Shown here: positions 12,160 to 25,097 of the stretch, in pieces
Numbering within the stretch: the first letter of the stretch is position 1
Layout of the letters: the number at the start of each line of letters is the position of its first letter
NCBI RefSeq assembly: GCF_006345805.1
Contig: NC_042999.1
Coordinates: forward strand, 13,702,001-13,766,000
Source of the DNA: Octopus sinensis
Taxonomy: Eukaryota
Length of the DNA stretch: 64,000 nucleotides
Reading direction: 5' to 3'
Made by a program: the position numbers and the translations under genes
Notes under the pieces: generated by a model
Told to the model about the DNA's origin: nothing
Databases searched by the model: none
Seen by the model: only the letters and a program-made list of their open reading frames with translations

Positions 12160-13285
12160 TTATGGCCAGAAATTTTAGGGTGAAGGAGAATAACTGATTG
12201 CACCAACTTCAGAACTTGACTGGCATTCATTTTTTATCAACCTTGAAAGAATGGAAGCCGAAAGTTGACTCGAACAACACTAAACTCAGAACATAAAGAC
12301 CAAGAAGGAATAACATGGGACATTTTCTTCAATATATTAACAACTCTGCAAACTTGACAAATTTTAGAGAAGAGAGGTTGGTCAATGAAATCAACCCCAG
12401 TACCTGACTGGTACCTTATTTTATAGATATTGTAACAATGGAAGACAAAAAAAGTCCTCTGTAGGAGTTAAACTCTGAATGTAAAGAGTTTCATCAAACA
12501 CCAGTTTCGTGTGATTTTCAGATGCATCAATGGCTGCATCCCCATGTTCCTACAGCATTGTGCGATCTCAATTTTGTATGGGTGTGGCAGAGTATTGATT
12601 TTTCCTGTTGCCATTCATCTTTCTGGGGTTGATAAATTAAGCACCAGTCAACCATTGGAGCTAATTAAACTCACACCCCACCCCACCCCCACTTCAAAAT
12701 TTCAGATTTTTTGCCAAAATTAAAAAAGATTATTCTTATCATTGTTAGCACACTAGGCAAAATGCTTAGCGGCATTTCATGTCTTTATGTTTTGGGTTCA
12801 AATTCCACCAAGGTCAACCTTGCCGTTCATCCTTTGAGGGTCGATAAAATAAGCACCAGTTGAACACTGGGGTTGATGCAATAGACTCATCCCCTTCCCC
12901 AAAACTGCTGACCTTGTGGCAAAATTTGTGACCATTATTATTATTATCATTATCATTATTATTATTATTCAGGTGAAAAGCTGGCAGAATTGTTAGCATG
13001 TCAGGCAAAATGCTTAGTGGCTTTTGTCCATCTTTATGTTCTGTGTTCAGATTCCACAAAGGTTGACCTTTCCTTCCGTCCTTTCAAGGTCAATAAATTA
13101 ACTACCAGTGAAACACTAGGGAAGAAGTAATCAACTAATCCCCTACCACCAAATTTCATGCCTTTTGCTTATAGCAGAAACAATTATTATTATTATTACT
13201 ATTACTACTATTATTATTATTACTACTATTACTATTATATTATTATTATTACTATTACTATTACTATTACTATTATTATTATTAT

Positions 13286-13338
<53 letters not shown>

Positions 13339-13720
13339 TCATTATTATCATTATTATTAAGGTGGAAAACAGGCAGAATCGTTAGCATACTGGGTGAAAT
13401 GCGTAGTGGTATTTCATCCGTCTTTCCATTCTGAGTTCAAATTCTACCAAGGTCGACTTTGCCTTTCATCCTTTCTGGGTCGAAAAAATAAGTACCAGTT
13501 GAGCACCGGGGTGAATGTAATCAACTTATCTCCTCCTCTAAAATCAACTAGACCCTCCTCCAAAATTTCAAGCCTTGTGCCTTTAGTAGAAAGATTATCA
13601 TTATTATTATTATTATTATTATTATCATCATTATTATTATCATGCTGTTTTTATAATGATGATAAGAAGACGAAAATAATGAGGAAATAACAAACAGTAA
13701 TATTATTATAATTATTATCA

Positions 13721-13752
<32 letters not shown>

Positions 13753-14064
13753 GCCACAATCACTATCACCATGCTAGTGGTAGTCATAGAGTGGACTGAA
13801 TACCAAAGCAAAGATAGAGTATCCTCATCATGTGATATATTTATATTTAGCTGCAAGAGTTGTGTTGTGCCCCTTTGCGAGACATTTATCTCTATTTGTT
13901 TAAGACTTCTTCAAGATAATCGCTACAATTGCTATAATGTTTGGTTAAATATCTTGCAGGATTTAATTACTGTATTTCTATGCAAAGAATTCCATAGGCA
14001 CCATCAGGGTCAAAACTGTGCTCAAGAGATAAAATATACTTTTGTTTTTTTTTAAATATGAGAA

Positions 14065-14424
14065 GCAGAATGGCTGTGTGGTAAGTAGCTTGATTACCAA
14101 CCACATAGCTCCGGGTTCAGTCCCACTGCGTGGCACCTTCTACAATAGCCTCAGACCGACCAAAGTCTTGTGAGTGGATTTGGTGGACAGAAACTGAAAG
14201 AAGCCCGTTGTGTGTGTGTGTGTGTCTGTGCTTGCCCCCACCATCGCTTGACAACCGATGCTAATGTGTTTACACCCGTGTAACTTAGCTGTTCGGCAAA
14301 AGAAACTGATAGAATAAGTACTAGGCTTCTAAAGAATAAGTCCTGGGGTCGATTTGTTTGACTAAAAGCAGTGCTCCAGCATGGCTGCAGTCAAATGACT
14401 GAAACAAATAAAAGAGTAAAAGAG
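14065..14424 (+). mobile_element. SINE family A, full length
   Basis: gcagaatggctgtgtggtaagtagcttg...gggttcagtccc...(TG)n...gactgaaacaaataaaagagtaaaagag. Confidence 0.9.
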
Positions 14425-15064
14425 AGGTGTTGCTGGGTTACTTTTTATTTGAAGTTTTATTACACTGGAGTAAATACAGTAGGGGCTTTACTACACCAGA
14501 CAAAATTCAAATCCAGCAGAGGACGTTTTCTGTTATTTTAACCCCCTCGTTCGAGGTAGCAGCTGCAGGCTGAAGGATACCCCATGGCAGATTCTGCACC
14601 AGAAGACTGGATGCAATTATGGAAGATCTCCAGAGGCTCAACATCATCTTGGATGATGCAGAGGGGCTGGCATGGGACCACCAGCAAAGAGGGGCACAGG
14701 TAGACCTGGTTGGTTCTATGCATGATGATGCCTGTGGGACCACGAATATAGGATGAACCCACCCCTGTCAAACAAAAGCACGAGTGAGTAAGACCTGGAC
14801 CCCAGTGTCTAACTTTACCCTCCACCTGGACTCTTGAACATAAAAATAAATAGTTGCACCTACAGCTCAAGAGAAACAATCGCAGACAAACTAATAGAGA
14901 GTATTAGAAGAAAAGAAATCAGGAGAACAACAGTAACAGGCCTATTTCTCAACTGCTATATTTGATCCCCCAAATTGCTATTTTCCTCATCAATTTCACC
15001 TGCTTGATTGTTCAAATTACTCTCATTGTCTGCATATATATCCTATTGTATGTATATATATATA

Positions 15065-15451
15065 TCTTTATATATAAAAGTGAGGTTGTGTGCTGTCTGT
15101 CTCCTATGATTTAGATTCCTAACTACTCCCACATTTTGCAGTGCAGTGTAACCAAAACCGGGTATCTTATAGTCGTGATTCATATCGAGCCCTTCTGGGT
15201 ATTAGCACGCATCTATGATGAATCTACGATTTAAAAAAAATTTACCATCATTTTTTCCCATTTTTAATGCAACTTTTTGCTATTATATAAAGGAAGTAAC
15301 TCTCTAAAAATGTATTATTAAATCTCAGAACGTAAAAAGCTACAGTAACACTGCCCTCCTTTGTGGTTATCCATATTGAGATTACATCTCTAAAAATGCT
15401 TATATAGTTATTTCCCTTACAAACCCAAGCAACGCCGGGTGATACTGCTAG
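15065..15451 (+). mobile_element. Non-autonomous Helitron-like element
   Basis: Begins a|TC (tctttatatataaaag), ends with hairpin ccc-aagcaacgcc-ggg then tgCTAG|t; A/T target and no TSD, the canonical Helitron signature. Confidence 0.7.
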
Positions 15452-16375
15452 TCTTTATATATATATGGTAGTATGTGTGTTCTCAGTTTTGACATCACAT
15501 GATAGTTGTAAATGAGTTTCATCATCATACATGTGATATTGTTCATTTATAATGGTCTGTGAAAGCATACCTGGTCATGCAGCAATATAAGCTTGCTTGG
15601 AAACAGAAGGTTGGTGACAGGAAGAGCATCCAACCATAGAAAATCTGTCTCCGATGAATTCCATGTCGTCTGACTCATGCAAGCATGGAAAAGTAGATGT
15701 TAAAATGACAATAATGATGATGATGGTGGCAGTGGAGGTGGTAAACACTTCATGATGTTCAATCCTTAAGACATAAATATAAAACCCAACTGAGTTCAGG
15801 TCATCAATACAAAAGCATGTTTATGTCCTTAGGAAAGAATGACTTAGTGATATTTGCTAATTTGTACTCAAATTCTGATACTTATCACAATTTTCTCCTC
15901 AGGTAACAGTGTCCTCCCACAGTCATTGTAACATAATGACTAGATTTAGTAGCAGCTGTTCAATAAATCAAATGCACTAATCTACATTTGCAAAATTCAA
16001 ATAGAGCTGAACATCGCAAAAAAAAAAAAATTTAGCCATGGGATTATTATAAGCCACAAACTGTGAAATCCCAGCATGGCTGGTAGAACAGCAGAACAGT
16101 TGTATGCCTGTTTAATTGACAGAGATAACTGTATTGCTGTCAACAATACATTTCCAAAACCTGGCAACAACTCAGAGAACCCCTGCCCCACACCTAGGAA
16201 CTTTTCTGGAGCAGGGTTCATTACTGTTTGTAACATTTCTCTAAGAAGTTTGCTTCCCAATCACATGGTTTTGGGTTCAGTCTCTGCACAGCACCTTGGG
16301 GCAAATGTATTTTACTTCCAAATGGATTTAGCAGATGGAAACTGAAAGAAGCCCTTCATATCATATATATATATA

Positions 16376-16755
16376 CAGGGTGCAATGGGTAAATTGTTGA
16401 CATTTTATATTTTTAATTTTGTGCATGTGAATTATTTGTTTTTGATTTTGTCAACTACAAAGTATAGTAGGGTCAGTGGGGTACCGTCTGTGAGAAAAAC
16501 AGCCCCATAATGCAATTCACTCTGCCCGAAATTTGGAAACGACATGCTGTACTGCTTGGCATTTGTGGTAGAAGCTCCAATACGAACATTTCAGAGTGTT
16601 TGGGTATCAATCTGAAGACAGTGCAGATGATTCAGAAAGAATTGGATGAGTCTAATGGGGATTACAAAGGTATGGCAGCTCAGAAAACTCATTCTGATAA
16701 AAAAAAGAACACCTGAATTTGTTGGTGAGATCCAGGCCATGATTGACAATGGAAA
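16376..16755 (+). mobile_element. Tc1/mariner-superfamily transposon 5' fragment
   Basis: TA|CAGGGTG terminus; ORF MQFTLPEIWKRHAVLLGICGRSSNTNISECLGINLKTVQMIQKELDES (HTH-like) continuing after a frameshift as TPEFVGEIQAMIDN; truncated. Confidence 0.7.
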
Positions 16756-17105
16756 ATGAAGAAAAGTTGATATTAAAACCGTCATCATCATCATCATGAA
16801 GTGAAAGAGGGAAAGTGAGCATGAAGAGAAGGCCAGGAAATATGGGAGTGCTAGTGTGGGCGTATACATAAATATATATACATACATCACACACACATAG
16901 CTGCATCCTCGTTACACTAAAAAAGCCATTACAAAGAAGACTTACTGAAATGATTCATGATTGTTATCATGTGACGCCCTTATATGACTTTTAAGCCCTC
17001 CAATTGAGAGGCACACCCTTCCACATTTTACATATACATACATACATATACATCTACACACAAATACATATGTACGTACATATGTACATACATATATATA
17101 TATAT

Positions 17106-17346
17106 GTGGAGGTGCATGGCTTAGTGGTTAGGGTGTCAGCATCACGATCGTAAGATTGTGGTTTCGATTCCTGGACTGGGCAACTCATTGTGTTCTTGAG
17201 CAAAACACTTCATTTCACGTTGTTCCAGTCCACTCAGCTAGCAAAAGTGAGTAACGCTGCGATGGACTGGCGTCCCGTCCAGCTGCGGAACACATACGCC
17301 ATTGAAACCGGGCCCACGAGCCTGGCTAGGCTTTAAAAGGGCGCAT
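17106..17346 (+). mobile_element. SINE family B (tRNA-derived)
   Basis: TGGCTTAGTGG A-box, GGTTTCGATTCC B-box, 3' gagtaacgctgc.atggactggc.tcc.gtccagctg...ggctaggctt.aaaagggcg shared with 24241-24543. Confidence 0.85.
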
Positions 17347-17559
17347 TTATTATTATCATATATATATATATGATGGGCTTCTTTCAGTTTTCATCTTCCA
17401 AATCCACTCACAAGGCTTTGGTCGGTCCGAGGCTGTAGTAGAAGACACTTGCCCAAGGTGCCATGCAATGGGACTGAACCCGGAACCATGTCGTTGGTAA
17501 TCAAGCTTTATACCACACAGCCATGTCTGCTCCTAATAGCCGTAGCTATTAAAACAGTC

Positions 17560-17830
17560 ATCCTCATTTTCTATCAATGATATCAACTTTTCAAAGGCTA
17601 TCGTTGGTGTCGATCATATCAGGAATCTTCAGAAAGACTTTAATGCCATATACACAAGTGAGCCGATAAAAGAATCTGAAAATTTAATGCTGAAAATGTT
17701 TCAATAATGTTCTTATCGGTCATCTCAGATATTGCTATCTACGTAGACAAGAATGAAAGAGATAGAAATCTCAGAATAAGAACCTGTGCCAGATTCAGGA
17801 ATTAATTTCATACACGGAGAAGTAGGTTCA
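17560..17830 (+). mobile_element. CR1/L2-like LINE reverse transcriptase remnant
   Basis: Reading FSKAIVGVDHIRNLQKDFNAIY...LMLKMFQ resembles the segment after the ADD motif in CR1-group RTs (LQ.DL..IY.WA..N.M.FN..KFQ). Confidence 0.5.
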
Positions 17831-18233
17831 GGAATGGCAGTTTGGTTAAGATGCTTGTTTCTCAACCATGCTGTCTCGGGTTCAATCCCAATGCAGGGCA
17901 ATCTTGGATAAGTATCTTCTACTATAAGTCTTGTGAGTGGATCTAGTGAGAGAAACTGAAAGAAGCCCATTGTTTGTATATGTGTGTGTGTGTGTTTATC
18001 TAGACATTATATGATGGTTGTGAATGAGCATCTTTGTCATACAAGTGAGGCTGTTCATTTCCAGTCTTCCATGGAAAACAAAACATGTCTAGTTATGGGG
18101 ATGTATTACCTTGCTTGGAAACAGGCGAGGGTTGGCAACAGGAAGGGCATCTACTTGTAAACAAAAAAAAGAAATCCACCTCAATGAATTCCATCTAACC
18201 CAAACACGGAAAAGTGGATATTAGATGATACTC

Positions 18234-18478
18234 ATGATGATGATGATGATGACGATTATGATGATGATGATGATGATGATGATTATGATGATGAAGATGA
18301 TGAAAATGAAGATGATGATGATGATGATGATGATGAAGGAGAAGTTGAAGAAAATGATGATGATGAAAAAGATGAAAATGATGATGATGATGATGAAGAT
18401 GAAGTTGAAGAAAAAGACGATGATGATGATGATGACGATGAATATGATGATGATGATGATGATGAAAATGAAGATGAA

Positions 18479-18517
<39 letters not shown>

Positions 18518-18708
18518 GGAAAAGTTGAAGAAGAAAAAGATGATGATGATGATGATAAAGAATATGATGGTGATGATGAAGATGATGATGATGATTAAAA
18601 TGAAGATGAAGGAGAAGTTGAAGAAGAATAAAAAGATGATGATGATGATGATGAAAAAGATGATGATGAAAATGATGAAGAAAATGATGATGATAATGAT
18701 GTGTTACT
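18234..18708. repeat. Interrupted (GAT)n/(GAA) microsatellite, expanded SINE tail
   Basis: Follows the aaagtggatattagatgat tail of a family E SINE; about 470 bp. Confidence 0.95.
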
Positions 18709-18709
18709 A

Positions 18710-18830
18710 AATTTCTAACAACGTGCAAAAGACCGGCAGGATGGATCCTAAAAATATTTAGAACAAGAAATTCAGTCAGTTCTGATTTTACTTAGGAGAA
18801 AATCCTATAAACTGCCGGGTAATAATAATA
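18710..18830 (+). mobile_element. CR1/L2-like LINE remnant, probably continuing 17560-17830
   Basis: TCKRPAGWILKIFRTRN resembles CR1-group KCR...GWILRTF.TR. Confidence 0.5.
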
Positions 18831-19789
18831 ATCTCTTGACTTACAGCTTGCGCTGATGATTACACACTCGTGGTAAAGTATATACTAGCAAACACTAAGT
18901 ATATTATAAGTTGTTCTACTTTTACAGCCAAAATTCGTACCTTCCCTCTGAACTATCAAATGCTGCTGCTGTAATACAATAGTGAACTGTCTAGAATTGC
19001 ACCGGTTAAGTGCTGATGCAATCAATACAACATCGTACACCATCAGCAGCTAAAAAAAAAAAAAAAAAAGAAAGAAAGAAAGACAATAACCATCCATTGC
19101 CTTCCTCACCATCACCAAATTTTGAGGTCTGTCATAAACAATGTTGCTACTACCCATCGTAATGAGCCAGCAACATATATATATATCCAGCCAGAAAGAG
19201 AGTTAGGTTTATGTTCATACTGTGCTGTATGTAAAACTTATTATATGTAATTATTACCGAGAGAAACAGCATTAAATGGCTTTAAATATTTTGGAAAGTA
19301 ATGCCTATGGAATAGATGCAATTCAGAGTCAGAATCTATTCATGTAATTTACATGTTGTAATGTCCTTGAGAAACATGCGCCAAAAGTCTCCTTTTTTGT
19401 TTTCTTTTTTTTCTTCTTTTTTTTTTGTGTTTCCTGACTTAAGTAGTTTAGTAAGTCATTCATTGATGCCACAGATTATGAAAAAGTCAGATAGAAACAC
19501 AGGCGTTTATAAGTTTGATTTGAATTAATTCTGTTATAGAAATTTCAAAAAAATAACAATCTCTATTTAATAATGCTTTCAAAAATTTTTGCCTCAAGGC
19601 CAGAAAATTTGAGGGGTGGGGTAAGCCAAAAACACAGACTGCAATGCACAATTGGTTCTTATTTTTATTGGCCTTGAAAGGATAAAAAACAAAGCTGCCC
19701 TCAGCAGCATTTGAACTCAGAATATACAACCAGAAGAAATGTTGTTAAGCATTTTTCTTTTTTTCTTTTGCCTGGCATGCTAACAATTC

Positions 19790-20115
19790 TTGTTTCTTTA
19801 CTGCCCACAAGGGGTTAAATGACAAACAAAGACAGACAAAGGGATTAAGACGATTACATCGACCTCAGTGCGTAACTGGTACTTAATTTATCGACCCCGG
19901 AAGGATGAAAGGCAAAGTCAACCTCAGCAGAATTTGAACTCAGAACATAGCAGCAGACGAAATACCTATTTCTTTACTACCCACAAGGGGCTAAACACAG
20001 AGAGGACAAACAAGGACAGACAAATGGATTAAGTCGATTATATCGACCCCAGTGAGTAACTGGTACTTAATTTATCAACCCCGTGCTAACGTTTCTGCCA
20101 GCTCGCCACCTTTCG
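19790..20115 (-). mobile_element. SINE family C head-to-tail dimer
   Basis: Two units of ctatttctttactacccacaaggggctaaac...gtcgattatatcgaccccagtg..taactggtacttaatttatc joined through gacgaaatacctatttc. Confidence 0.85.
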
Positions 20116-20320
20116 GTAGACAAAATACCGCTAAGCAATTCACCTGGCATACTAACAATTTTGGCAGCTCGTCACCTTAACAATAACCAAGATAAAGTTG
20201 GTTGGTTCGTTGACCTCTCCAGGCATGCTTTATATCATAGAGAGAGAAGATGAGAGAAAGAGCAAAAGAGATATACTCAGAGTTAATATTTAAGTGCAAG
20301 TGTGGCTATGTGGTAAGAAG

Positions 20321-21925
20321 AAGGGGTTGTAAAAATTTAATTACAAAAACATTGGTCCAATTAATTGATTGGAGTCATACTGCCAATTAAATAATTGATT
20401 GCTATCATATCAATTAATTGCAGGTAATTGTAACATTGTCAGCATTGTAAGTTTTTCAAATGACTCATACTTCATTCAGTTGGCAAATACAGTGTTCTAT
20501 TGTTTGAGGTATTGTGTTGATGCTTTGTTCTGACTACTGAGAATGATCCCTACATACTGTCATGTTTTGGGATTGACTATTGTGTATGTTGTCAAATATC
20601 CACTGTCAAGTGATTTTTGGTTTTGACTGCCAAGAATGATTCACACATTCTGTCTTCAAGTCATTAAATTGTACCTTCATCTGCAACCTGGTTGTATCTT
20701 AAATTCCATTCCAACATATTAACTGAATTAGACTTTCAGCAGTGGAGTGGCGAAATATTTTCTATTTTAAGATGTGGCGAAATATCTGTTATTTTAAACT
20801 AACCCATGCCATGTGAAAACGAGCAAATCGTCAGAAAATATTTTAACCAAATAGACAGTGAACATGTATGGAAATGCAAGTGTGGGAAAAAGTTGAAAAG
20901 TTAACCCAGAAAAAAAGGAACTGGATGGACAAATCTTATGAATTAAAAAAAAAAAACCAGCATCCAGAATATTCTACTACACATGCAACTTGACAACCAC
21001 CTTTAACGAGTTTCCTTTTACCAAGAAGTAGTTTGATTAGTTGCTTGGTCTTAAAAGAACAGAAATAGATTTGGGAGATGCTCGAATTCTTTTTGACAAA
21101 ATTCTTGCACTGTATCCTTACGAGGAGTTTGAAAAATATTTGCTTCCATCGCATCGACAGCCATTGTGCACAGCCCAAATTTTCGAAAGTGGAGTTGTGA
21201 AAATTTTACAACATGCAGAGCTAACTGCAGATGAAGTGGCTGCTCTCTACATCAGCTGAAAGTGGTGACAGACACGTCACAACAGTCTGATTTACCTGTA
21301 GAAGATGATGATTTTGCTTCAATTTGTTTGAAAAAACACAAAAAAAAAAAAAAAAGATAATATCTGAACTGTAGATCTTTGTTACCAACATCCAACATCT
21401 TGGAACATTTCTTCAGCTCAGCAGGTAACACTTTTAATGATTTGTGGTAATACATAACACCAACGAATTTAGAAAAGCAATTATTTCTAAAAGTCAATCG
21501 CACTTTCTGTGATAAAGACCTAGTTTCAGAAATCTGCAGTAGTTCATGACTTTATGCTATGTTGGAACATATTTTTATTGTGCTACTCATTTGAGAAACT
21601 CTTTCAATTAAAGACTTTCAATCTATTTATTTTTCAATTTCTGTACAATGTAGAATATACGTGATGTCTGTTCCCTATTTTAAATAAATAACGTTTTCTA
21701 ATAGCAAAGATTTTTGAAACAATAAAACATGCTTTTTATTATCCTATCATTTTGATTCCTATCTAAATCGAAGCTAACACTCCAAAATATATGGTGTTTT
21801 TACATTTAGCAAAATGATTGATAATTAATTGCAATAATTGATTGGCCTGTATCCCAATAAAAATTAATTGATTGCTAGGAAAATAATCAATTGGAAATGT
21901 TCCAATCAATTATTTACAACCCCTG
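20321..21925 (+). mobile_element. Internally deleted hAT-superfamily DNA transposon (1605 bp)
   Basis: TIRs (a)aggggttgtaaa / tttacaacccctg; 8-bp TSD gtaagaag (20313-20320) / gtaagaaa (21926-21933); subterminal ATTGATT/AATCAAT repeats at both ends; transposase remnants inside. Confidence 0.9.
20806..21549 (+). pseudogene. hAT transposase pseudogene (BED finger plus C-terminal dimerisation region; catalytic core missing)
   Basis: MPCENEQIVRKYFNQIDSEHVWKCKCGKKLK...KGTGWTNLMN...QHPEY (BED-type); DLGDARILFDKILALYP...IVHSPNFESGVVKIL; LLPTSNILEHFFSSAG...TPTNLEKQLFLKVNRTFCD (hAT C-terminus). Stops and frameshifts present. Confidence 0.85.
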
Positions 21926-22080
21926 GTAAGAAACTTGCTTCCCAACCACATGGTTCTTGGTTCAGTCCCACTGCATGGCACCTTGGGCAAGTGTCTTCTA
22001 CTATAGCCTTGGGCAGACCAAAGCCTTGTGAGCAGATTTGGTAGACGGAAACTGAAAGAAGCTCATTGTATGTATGTATG

Positions 22081-22116
<36 letters not shown>

Positions 22117-22699
22117 TATGTTTGTATTTGCCCCCCCCCCCAACAACAACAACAACATCGCTTGACAACCGCTGTTGATGTGTTTACGTCCCCATAACTT
22201 AGCAGTTCAGCAAAAGAGAATAATAGAATAAATACTAGGCTTACAAAGAATAAGTCCTGGGGCCAATTTGCTCGACTGAAGGCAGTGCTCCAGCATGGCC
22301 GCAGACAAATGACTGAAATAAGTATAAGAATATAAGTATGCAAATCAGTAATTTTTGTAAATTCATTTGAAGGTAATGGTATTCATTTCATCATTTTGAA
22401 TACACACCGAGAAATTTGAGGCGTGCATGCGTGTGTCTGTGTGTGTTTGCCCATGTCTTGACATCACATGATGGTTGTTAATGAGCATCACCATCACACA
22501 AGTAGAGTGTTCCTTTCCAGTCCTCTCTAAAAACTATGACTGACCATGGAGAAATATATTGCTCAAAAACAACTGAGAGCTGGCAACAAGAAATGCAGCT
22601 AACCATAGAAAATCTGTCTCAATAAAATCCATTTGACCCATGGAAAAGTGGACATTAAAATGATGATGATGATTAATCATTTTACTGCAAGATCAAATT

Positions 22700-23100
22700 C
22701 GATGACTGGTATCTTTGCAAGTGGAGCGCTAAGAGCACCATCTGAGTGTGATCGTTGCCAGAGCGGCTAAGTGGCTTCCATGCCGGTTGCACATAAAAGA
22801 CACCATTCGAGCTTGATCGTTACCAGCGTCACCTTACTGGCACCTGTGCCGGTGGCATGAGCAAAAAGATTCAAGCAAGGTCGTTGCCAGGACCGCCTGA
22901 CTGGCCCTCGTGCCAGTGGCATGTAAAAGCACCCACTACACTCTCGGAGTGGTTGGCATTAGGAAGGGCATCCAGCTGTAGAAACACTGCCAGATCAAGA
23001 TTGGAGCCTGGTGCAGCCATCTGGTTCGCCAGCCCTCAGTCAAATCGTCCAACCCATGCTAGCATGGAAAGCAGATGTTAAACAATGATGATGATGATGA
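22700..23100 (+). mobile_element. SINE family D, sense orientation
   Basis: Repeat array, then aaagcacccactacactctcggagtggttggcattaggaagggcatccagctgtagaaac..., ending gatgttaaacaatgatgatgatg. Confidence 0.85.
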
Positions 23101-23416
23101 TATGACGTAAACTTAAGATAGGTTTCAGTCAGTCCTGGCCTATGTCACATCTAATTCAATTACATCAATCATTTGAAACTAAGCAAGATATTAAATTATT
23201 TCAAATACAGTAAAGTCAAATATTTACTGTAGTTGGATGAAATCATTAAAGACTACTTTGACCAAGTCGTTTACTTTGCTGTCAGAAAAAGAATCTATTT
23301 AATTACTGTCGCAGCATTGCTCTAAAAAAAAAAGCGTAATTTCAACTACGAATATATTAAAGTAAAATAGCAATAAACTAACAAAAAGTCATAGTAAAAT
23401 GTAGTTAATTATATAT

Positions 23417-23826
23417 TTCTTTACTACCCACAAGGGGCTAAACACAGAGGAGACAAGCAAGGACAGACAAATGGATTAAGCCAATTACATCGACCCCAGT
23501 ACGAAACTGGTACTTTATTTATCGACCCGGAAAGGATGAAAGGCAAAGTCGACGTTGGCAGAATTTGAACTCAGAACATAACAGCAGACGAAATACCTAT
23601 TTCTTTATTACCCACAAGGGACTAAACACAGAGGGGACAAGCAAGGACAAACAGATTAAGTCGATTACATCAACCCCAGTGCATAACTGGTACTAAATTT
23701 ATCGACCCCGAAAGGATGAAAGGCTAAGTCAACCTCGGCGAAATTTGAACTCAGAACATAACGTCAGACGAAATACGGCTATGCATTTCGCCCGGCGTGC
23801 TAACGTTTCCGCCAGCTTGCCGCCTT
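23417..23826 (-). mobile_element. SINE family C head-to-tail dimer
   Basis: Same dimer junction gacgaaatacctatttcttt as at 19790, 33877 and 60203. Confidence 0.9.
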
Positions 23827-24240
23827 TAGTAGTTGATTATATTCAAATAAAATCTCAGCAACAATGCTGAGCTTATTCTGCAAATGATACTTAGCTGGTC
23901 ATTTGTAATGGTTTTGCATAAGTTGGATTTATTCATCTCATATGAAATAAAATAAATATTGTATTTTTTGAATAAGTTAGACCTAGACATCATAATCCTA
24001 ATTTAAAATCCGTCTTCCAAGCTGGCATGGATTGGACAGTGTGACAGGATCTGATGAGCCAGTGGACTGTGTAGAGCTCCATGCTTTGATATGATTTCTA
24101 CAGATGGATACCCTTCCTAATACCAACCTATTTATAGAGTGTACAGGGAACTTTTTACATGACACCAGCACTTATGAGGTCATCATGTAACTCCCAAGAC
24201 AGCTTAAATAAAAAAAAAAAGGAATAACTGTATGAGCCAG

Positions 24241-24543
24241 GTAGAGGCGCAATGGTCCAGTGGTTAGGGCAGCGGACTTGCGGTCGGAGGATCGTGGTTT
24301 CGATTCCCAGACTAGGCGTTATGTGTGTTTATTGAGCGAAAACACCTAAAAGCACCACCAGGCTCTGGCAGGGCGTGGTGGTGACCCCTGTTGTACTCTT
24401 TCGTTACAACCTTCTCTCACTCTCTCTTCCTGTTTCTTGAGTAACGCTGCAATGGACTGGCATCCTGTCCAGCTGGGGGGAACACATACACCACAGAAAC
24501 CGGGAGACCGGGCCCATGAGCCTGGCTAGGCTTGAAAAGGGCG
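24241..24543 (+). mobile_element. SINE family B (tRNA-derived)
   Basis: TGGTCCAGTGG A-box, GGTTTCGATTCCC B-box; body shared with 17106 and 56618. Confidence 0.85.
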
Positions 24544-24668
24544 AAGAGAGAGAGTATAAGCCAGACCTAACAAAAACTGAACCTAACCAGCTTGTAGAGA
24601 AAAGAATATTTCATTTTAAAGTATGAGCTGGACCAAGGCAGCTTATACAAAAGAGACCATAATAATTC

Positions 24669-24830
24669 GCGCAGGTGGCTGTGTGGTAAGTAGCTTGCTA
24701 ACCAACCACATGGTTCCGGGTTCAGTCCAACTGCGTGGCATCTTGGGCAAGTGTCTTCTGCTATAGACCCGGGCCGACCAATGCCTTGTGAGTGGATTTG
24801 GAAGATGGAAACTGAAAGAAGCCTGCCATA

Positions 24831-24861
<31 letters not shown>

Positions 24862-25097
24862 GTATCTATGTGTGTGTTTGTGTGTCTGTGTTTGTCCCCC
24901 TAGCATTGCTTGACAACCGATGCTGGTGTGTTTACGTCCCCGTTACTTAGCGGTTCGGCAAAAGAGACCGATAGAATAAGTGCTGGGCTTACAAAAGAAT
25001 AAGTCCCGAGGTCGAGTTGCTCAATTAAAGGCGGTGCTCCAGCATGGCCGCAGTCAAATGACTGAAACAAGTAAAAGAGTAAAAGAGAAAGAGTAAA
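24669..25097 (+). mobile_element. SINE family A, full length
   Basis: Canonical head, (TA)n centre, 3' gagtaaaagag repeats. Confidence 0.9.

Larger units (their letters stand above)
20294..22330 (+). mobile_element. SINE family A split by the hAT insertion
   Basis: Head gtgcaagtgtggctatgtggtaagaag at 20294-20320 resumes as gtaagaaacttgcttcccaaccacatgg at 21926. Confidence 0.85.

Noticed and set aside
17106-17180. tRNA genes at SINE heads (also 24241, 56618 and family A/C heads)
   Set aside because: A and B boxes are present but there is no complete cloverleaf, and each continues into a SINE body.
18195-18728. Poly-His and poly-Met/Lys ORFs
   Set aside because: Translation of a (GAT)/(GAA) tract grown from a SINE tail.
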